A DNA stretch of 57,475 bases, filler included, from Basidioascus undulatus (taxonomy: Eukaryota): assembly GCA_000826855.1 (NCBI GenBank). It is 3 parts of 3 records of this genome, joined end to end, with 100 filler letters (N's around TTAATTAATTAA, not from the genome) between each part and the next. Parts side by side here need not be neighbours in the genome. Positions count along the whole stretch, not along the records: positions 38,408 to 57,475 come from JTLS01000437.1; 2 more parts are not named here. One strand, written 5' to 3'. Under the pieces are notes generated by a model. The model was given only the letters and a program-made list of their open reading frames with translations, had not been told where the DNA came from and did not search any database. The translations under genes were made by a program, and so were the position numbers. This document shows, piece after piece, positions 50,310-57,475 of the stretch. How positions within the stretch are numbered: the stretch's first letter is position 1; each line of letters begins with the position of its first letter.

Positions 50310-51100
50310 CCAGCGCCTTCCCGCACGCGTTCACGCCCGCGGCTGTACACGCCTCTTTAGCCTGCCCAGCACTGCCCCAGCCTCCTCATATGCCTCCATG
50401 TCGAACAGACACTTCACAACGATATTCTTGACGTGCTCACATCTCACTTTTCTGCAGCATCTCCTCAAAGCGCTGCTCAACACCGCTCGAAAGGCTGTTC
50501 GTGTTCGCCGGGTCGAGGCCGGTCACGAGTGTCTCCAGCGCGGGCGGCAGCGTTTGGAAGAAGCAGTCCTCGTTGCCTATCACCGAGCCCCAACAAGGTG
50601 CCCGAATGGAATTTCGAGGTACTTGAGTGCGGCGAAGACCGTGAGAGGCCCATAGATGTACCCGATATCGTTGAGCACGAGGCGCTCGAGCGTGCCGTGG
50701 GCCAGGCCGTCGAAGAGCTGATCGAGGGGGAGGTTGAGCTTGTCGGCGAATAGCTCGAGGGTCTGGAGCGCTGCAGGCGCGCAGAGGATCTTCAGAACTT
50801 TCTGAAACGGGGTGCCGTACGTCCGGGCGCTAAAGGTGATCTGAAGGTTCGTCACGCTCGATGTGCCGCGGAGGGCATTTAGCGCGTTGTTTTCTTCGTT
50901 TGAGAGAAGCTCGTCATCCGATCCTTTTTCCGAGAAAGGCTCGTTCTCGCGAATGTATAACGGGAAAATTGTTAGGCCCCTTAAGGAGGGGAGGCCGAAG
51001 CAGGCGATGATTTCAGATACGTTGAAGCTGCTGCGCTCCGCATCGAGTGAGGACGAGCTCGCGCAACGAAGAGATCCCAGAGAGCGCTGGGGGCCGTACG
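50310..51100 (-). pseudogene. Decayed F-box/LRR-type protein, C-terminal part
   Basis: LPSLRGL, TSSVTNLQI, APAALQTLEL, TLERLVL, FAALKYLEIP; after a frameshift near 50590 it continues ...QTLPPALETL. These are Leu-rich repeats typical of fungal F-box-associated proteins. Boundaries approximate. Confidence 0.5.
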
Positions 51101-51384
51101 GAATGAGCTTCGAAGATGGAATATGCCGTGGACGGCGGCGAGGCGACGGAGGGTGGTGATGCAGACCGGCAGCTATGCGCAATGGCACTGGAAGATGCAG
51201 TATTTGCCAGGTAACATCACGACAAAAACCGAGAGGGTCTTATCAGCTCAGCCAGCACTGCAAGTTAAATCAATGCCCTAGCATGGAGTTCTGGCTAGTG
51301 CAAACGCCCGGTATCTGCCAGTCTCGTCCACACCCGTGCACATCCCAGATATCGCACGACAGAAAGGCATTTAGTCATAATCAT

Positions 51385-52359
51385 CTATGTGCGGACCTCC
51401 ACGGGGACCTCCAGCCCCTTGCTCGGTGCCACAGCCAACGAGAGCACCGAAGCCCGGGGCAGGTACTGCGGGACCCACAGCCGCGCGAGCGTAGCGGCCG
51501 AGGTGCACGCGATGGAGATTGCTTGGGAAGCGATGATCCCGGCGATAACGATCCCTGTCGGTGCGGCAGATCCCAGTCCATCAAGTCAGGTTTGTCCAGT
51601 TTCGGAAGGGGAGAAGACGGCGAGGGGACCTACCTCCCAGCGGATCGACCACCCTCCATCCCGCCCATGCGCCCAGGATGGACAGGAGCGCCCCTGCGCT
51701 CGCCAGCGCATCGGAGCGGTGGTGCGCTGCGGTTGCGAGGAGTGTTGGGGAGGGGATTGGGGAGTCGGAGGCGATGGAGAGGGTGCGGCGGTGGAGGTAC
51801 GCCTTGACAAGGACGCCGAGGAGGGCGAACCACGCTGCGTCTGGGTTTCCCACCGCACTGTCAACCACCGCAGACACACCTTTCAAAGGTATGGGAATAC
51901 TCACGAGGATTCAACGCTCCCTCCCCCTCTGCTCCCTCAACCCCTCCTGCGCCGGGAAGGACTTCCAGCGCCCCCCACGCGTGCTTCGCCAACCCCCACG
52001 CCGTCGCGCCCAACATCCCCGCGAGCCCCAGCGCTCCCAGGTCGTCCGCCCCGGGCTTCCCGCCCGCCGTGCGCGAGGCGAGGAGGAAGGCGAGCGCGTC
52101 CACGAGGAGGTCGGACAAGGCGTGGGTTGCCTCGCCGAGGAGGGTGGAGGAGTTGCACAGCCTGTGTGAGAGGGAGGATGAGAAACGTGTTTGGGGAGAA
52201 GGGTAGGGAATGGGGAAGAGGTATTGGCAACGGGGTGACGCACCACCCTGCGAGGAATTTGGAGAGCGAGAGGAGCAGGTTGGCGAGCAGAGAAAGGAAC
52301 ACAATGTTGGATGCGTCCGATGTCGTCGTCCTCATTGTCGTTACAGGAGTCGGGGACAT
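51385..52359 (-). CDS. Cation diffusion facilitator (Mmt1/2- or FieF-like), TM domain only, multi-exon
   Basis: LSLLANLLLSLSKFLAGW|LCNSSTLLGEATHALSDLLVD (TM2 metal site), SPTLLATAAHHRSDALAS (TM5 HxxxD), VDPLGG. Confidence 0.8.
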
Positions 52360-55174
52360 GATGGGCGATGCGAACGAAGGGAGGGTCAGTGTGAATGGCA
52401 GACCTGCAATTGGGGCAAAGTCGCAGTGCTGTAAGCGAGTGTCATGTCCGCAGCGTGTTGGGAAGACCCGACCGAGCTGTGAGCGGCTTCTCGCCGCGAA
52501 TGAGCGATCCTCCGCCGCGTCTTCTTGCGACATATCTCGTCCCGCGAGTGGACCTTAGGCTCCGCTTCAGTTGGTCGTTCCTGCCAGTTCCTGCGGTGCC
52601 TGCTGTGCAATCAATGTTGATATTTTCTGTGGTGGTTTCACGCAGCAGATGTGAGTGCTGCGAGCTGTGCGGCTGCCGAAACGAGGAGAACGTGCGTGCC
52701 GTTTGCGACGCGAAGGGCGAATGAGGTGGAGGCGAGTCTTACAACGACGAGCAGGACGCATCGCGCCGCCGACTGCAAGTAGCTGCGAATGTTCCGATGA
52801 AAATGTTATGGAGGAACGTCTCATTTGAAGTTTGCTGAAAGACCTGTACTGAATCTCTCAAGCCTCAGACCTAACGAGGTTTTGCGGACGGGTGGTGTAC
52901 AGCAAAGCGACGCCGCAACTGCGCAGGCAGCCCCTGACGGTATGTACGGTTAAGTGGACGATGTACATAAATAGAATGCTCATTATTGGGGGGATTGCAT
53001 AAAGACGAGGAGAGAGGCGCGATAGAATTGGGCAATAAGAGACAGTGACTAGCAGTGGTTTTCAGGATGGATGCTCCTCAATGGGACACCACGACAATAC
53101 CGAACGACATGCTTTTGAAAATATTCAAAAGTAAGGTGGTTGGCTGGGTTTTATGTTGGCTCTTCGGGTCAGCTCTAGGACGGACTTGACGCTGACCTTC
53201 AACTGAGGCCGGTTTGCCCGTCGCGCTCGTTGTCTTGTCACCATCACCGCCAATCCGCTTGCTCGCTCGACTGTCTCGCTCGCCGGGCATAAATACCCGT
53301 TCTCTATGTCTCTTCCTCCTCTCCCTCCTCTATTCTCGTCCTCTTTGAGTTCTCTTCTGACCCGCGCGTCCCCATCGCGGCGCCGTCCATCCGCCATTCT
53401 CCCTGGACTGACCCAACCATGCCACTTCGCCCACCACCGCTCCCCCTGCTCCCGCCTGCGCCGGAGATGAGCTTCTTGTTCTCTGCGCGATTTTGGTTAC
53501 GCTCTTGGTGATAGTGTTACGCGGACCGGACGAGGCTTTTGGACCGGGGTGTAGAAGGGCCGGACGAGGCTTGCTGCACCCCGGTCCGCTGACCCTGTCC
53601 CGTACCACTATCGTCGAGAGCGTGACCAAGCTCACGCGGAAGCTGAGTAAGCTTCTCTCTGCGTTGGCGGGCGCAGGGGCGGTGGTGCTTTGCGAGGCGT
53701 GCGTGGGTGTGGTGTGATGGCTGGCGAGTGCGGTTTCGGTGGCGGGGAGCACCTGTGAGGAGGAGGAACTGATCGAGGTCCGATCGGGAGGCAGGACAGC
53801 GGGAAGGGACAGAAATGCGGTGATCCACGAGCACGAGGTCTTCAGTTCCCCGCCCGCGTAGTACGTGCGAGACGGTTGGCTGCCGCAGTGGGAAGCGGAC
53901 GGGCATCCCGTCGAGATTCTTTCCCTCCGTGGCGCCCACCGTACGTCGTCCCAAACACTCCCCCTTTTTCCTCCCACCTCACCCGTTCACCCAATCTCAC
54001 AGCCAACTACCGACTCTGCGCCGCACTTCGACCTCACCTTCACCCTCGGCTATCTCGACATCCCGGCCTTGCTCTCCTCGACCCCCCTTTCCTCTTTGTC
54101 GACGCTTGCCCCGCCACGCGCGTCCACGGGACTGCGCCCGAGCCGAGCGCAGGGCTATCCTCGCCCCATAACATGCCCGGCGCGATCTCCCTCCGGCTCG
54201 CAGCGCTCGTAGAATAGGAGAGCAAGACACTGTGCTCTTCTTCCCACGTCAGCTACGTGCCGCAGGAGGAGCTAGGTGAGGAGGTGGGCAGATGTGAGGG
54301 ACGGGAGGGCTGGGTTGTTCAATTGCTGCTGGAATGGGATGGCGGCAGCGGGTTGCATGGTTGGGGCTGAGGGTCCTGGACGTACATAACGCTATTTGTG
54401 ATGAGGTGCGTTAACAAACCTTCCGTGATTCTCTCCAGGAGCTTGGTTTGACTCAACGTACCCCACCTAGCTGGACAGGTTACGCCAACGCCCCCGGCCT
54501 AAAAGAACGCTCTGCATAATCCCTTTGCGTCCCCGTCCCATCCACCCAAGGTGAGTCTTCCATTCCTACAGCTTGTCTCCGCACCGCCTCCCCGGCATGC
54601 ATGCACGCACGCGCAATGATGAGCGCAAAGTAATCTTTCTCGTCAGACAGAGGGTCCGTGCCGCGCCCGCCGCTTGCGGTTTGAGCGCGCACGCAAAGTC
54701 CGCTCTGAAGGACGGAACAACCTTTGAAATATTCTAATCTTCTCTCTGAGCGCGCGCTATATGGGTGTGAGGGGAGGTGCCGGGTGTCGAAGCCCCAAAC
54801 GAGGAACACGACGCTGACAGCGAAGGATTCCGGTGGATGGACAGATTGTTGATTCAACGCGCGCAGAATGCGCATGTCGACGATTAATGTGCCTTCTTAA
54901 AACGTGATCATGAGGATGCCGAGGTCTGCGAGCTCGGTCTGCGAGTGCTGGTCCGGTCACTTATCGCGGCGAGCGTTTTACCGAAAGGTGCAGAACGAAC
55001 GTGCCCATGCGTTAACATAAGGCCACGGAAGCCGCGACAGTCTCCGAAGCCTACCGCGTATTCAGCCGTGGACTCATGAGATCAGATCGGAGGTGAAGAG
55101 GAGCACTTGATCTGCCGCTGTATACGGTTTGACACGGTGGCTGCGCAACCTCTTAACCACCACCACCACCATCA

Positions 55175-56082
55175 TTGACCCTCGCTTTCGACTCGACCGT
55201 CCCAGCCCTCGCAACCATCATTTTCGATCGAATCACACAATGCCTGTACCGCAGCTTCCTTGAAGTTCACAAGCTCATCGTCGAGGAGGCTGCCGGTATT
55301 TCGCATGCCTCGCGTACACTCGCGATGCCTCCGTGCTTGCCACGCTCTGCCTCGTATCGCGCTACTTCCAAGCATTCGCTACTGCGCTTCTCTATGAGTC
55401 GGTCTGGGGACCAGGTCGCGAAGTTCACCTCTACTGTGTCCGCCAACGCCGAGCGCCGCGCCATCACGCATTCGCTTCACTTCGAGTTCACGTTTAAACC
55501 GAAGGTACCTCCGAGGTCTCACCCAACACAGCCATACGCAGTAGCGGCCGGAGTAGCTCAACGCCAATCAATCAGCCAGAGGGGCTCTAACTCGTCTAAC
55601 CTGCTGAATCTCCGCCGGCTTTGCCCCTGCCGCGAAAATCGTGAGCACCTTGGAGTTCGACTTGCGCTGAAGAGCATGTGGACCCGGGCTGCGTACCCAT
55701 CTGATTCCGGAGCTGCATGCAGTCGACCGTCTAAAAGGCCTCGCCCTTGGCACTCTCTTGCTTAGCTCCTGGGCAATGTCAAGGCCGAGCCTGACGCACC
55801 TGGCCATCGTTTCAGGATTCACAGCACGAATTCGCCTACGACATAGGGATAAGGGAGATCCTTAAGTTCTTCTCGGGCTCGTTGACGCTTCAGAAGGTTA
55901 TCTTTGGCGTACACACGCTTGGAGTCGAGCCCAGTACAAGTGCGCAGGCCGTGAGGGAGACTTTCATTGGCGAGCCGGAAGTGAGGCTGCCTCATCTGCT
56001 GAAGAGGTGCTGTTCCGGTGAGGTGTATCTGGGACCGACCGTGAAAATGACTTCTGGTTCATCGATCGCATCTTCGACGTGA
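55175..56082 (+). pseudogene. Frameshifted F-box-like gene relic
   Basis: 55327-55407 reads ASVLATLCLVSRYFQAFATALLYESVW (F-box-like helix), out of frame with the flanking ...QVAKFTSTVSANAERRAITHSLHF. Boundaries approximate. Confidence 0.5.
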
Positions 56083-56770
56083 CGCTGTGGGAGTGGAAGA
56101 GTAGCTGGGGACGTGCGCTCTGAACGCGACGGGGATGGATATGAGGAATGTGGGGTTGTTTTTGCGCTTTCTTATGAGATGCCCTGAACGTATGCTGCTT
56201 GATCAATGTTGTGGACCGCGACCCGAGGTGTTCTCTCGGGCGGTCTCGTGAAATTACTTCCGCATGCCCTGTATGGCGGACCGACCTTCCATTTGGCAGG
56301 AAAGTCGATCAGAGCAGGACAGGTTAGAATCCTGGACGGGGAACAGGGAGCGTGCAGGCCTCTTCTCGCATGATGCGCATGAGGTGTCCTGCGGAGTCGG
56401 GGCATGGTTGTTAAGGCAGCCGGTGGCAGTATGCGATGCGATGAAGAAAGGGAAGGCAGGGGCGGATTGCGAGTGAGCCGCCGGTTATCTCGGCTTGAAT
56501 AATGGTGACGCCGATGGAGGCGAAGGCGAAGGACGGACCAATGCCATCTACAGCGCATCCGGCACTGCCTGACTGCCCGACTTCCGGACGACGTCCCCTC
56601 TTCCATCAGCGCACAATCACGCTTTTCTCCATGCACAAAAGCAATTAGAGAGATGCACATGAGCTAGAAATAGCGCTGTACTGAAGACCTCGAAAAAAAC
56701 AATCCCCTAGACCCGGGTATCTTCCACCGCCATACCCCAACCTCCCCGAAACCCTTCCCCATCTGCCCTC

Positions 56771-57379
56771 TCAGGACGACCCGCCGCCGACGTCCACGAC
56801 GGGCACCTCAAACAGCGGGAACGCAAAGACCTCCTGCTCGAGCAAACCCGCCCACTCGCCCGCGGCCGCCGCGTCGTCGTGGCCGCCGCCGCCGCGCTTC
56901 TTGTCGCCCTTGTTCTTGGGCGCGAGGTACGCGAAGTGCTCCGAGAGCGCACTGAGCAGCTTTTTGGGGTTTTTGGGATCGGGCTGCGTAGGTGGCGCGT
57001 GTGGGAGTTAGAGGAATGGGAAGGGAAAGAGGAAGGGGGGAGGGGAGAAGGGCGTACGCGAAGGACGACAGCGAGGTACTCCGCTGGCAGACCGTAGCGG
57101 AGGACGGACTCGACAAAGAGGCGGACGACCTTGAGGTGCACGAGCGCTTGGTACGCCTCGGAGAAGTTTGTCCGCGTCAGGCGGAGGAGGTCGGCCTGTC
57201 CCACACCCCGCGCCGCGCTTCATCAGCCCACTGCCGCTCGAGAGATGGGATGGGAGGAACGGGGTTATTGACAGGGCACACGCACCCACAGCTCGCGCTC
57301 CGTCTGCGCGGCCACTTGCAGCTCCTGCTGCGACTTCTCCACCTGCTGCGGGTCGTACTCGAAGTCGCGGACGATGAAC
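56771..57379 (-). CDS. VMA5: V-ATPase subunit C, last three exons; gene begins beyond the window end
   Basis: FIVRDFEYD...ERELW|ADLLRLTRTNFSEAYQALVHLKVVRLFVESVLRYGLPAEY...|PDPKNPKKLLSALSEHFAYL...FPLFEVPVV. Confidence 0.95.
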
Positions 57380-57475
57380 CTGCGGGCGGGTGGCGCAATC
57401 CAGTCGGCGTTCAGTTCCACGCCAAGGCCCAGATGAGGGAAAAAAAAAGAGGGGGGGGGACCGGGGGAGGAAGAA

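Overview
Eukaryotic, GC-rich, intron-dense fungal genomic DNA; GT..AG introns with CTGAC/CTAAC branch sites and the gene content suggest a basidiomycete (inference). The window holds three contigs joined by artificial 100-nt N/TTAATTAATTAA spacers (19119-19218, 38308-38407), so adjacency across those points is unproven. Recognisable genes: PIG-P/GPI19 (5' exon), a FAD1 N-terminus joined in frame to a CCT5 C-terminus, SDH2, a small secreted His-rich protein, DOT5/BCP peroxiredoxin, CUL3, a PrpF-family C-terminus, several F-box-like genes (intact and decayed), a GH45 endoglucanase pseudogene, an RDH-like SDR, a CsbD-like protein, NDUFAF5, a secreted GMC oxidoreductase with a C-terminal TM helix and long tail, a CDF transporter lacking its C-terminal domain, and VMA5 (3' part). 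A decayed, partly CpG-depleted block (~20.4-27.4 kb) contains an hAT-like transposase remnant and a mitochondrial-type LAGLIDADG endonuclease fragment cut off by a CAACAT repeat array. I found no clear multi-gene novel system. The best leads are the LAGLIDADG/repeat junction, the membrane-tethered GMC and the FAD1-CCT5 chimera (probably an assembly collapse). All calls are by eye from recalled motifs, with no database searches.
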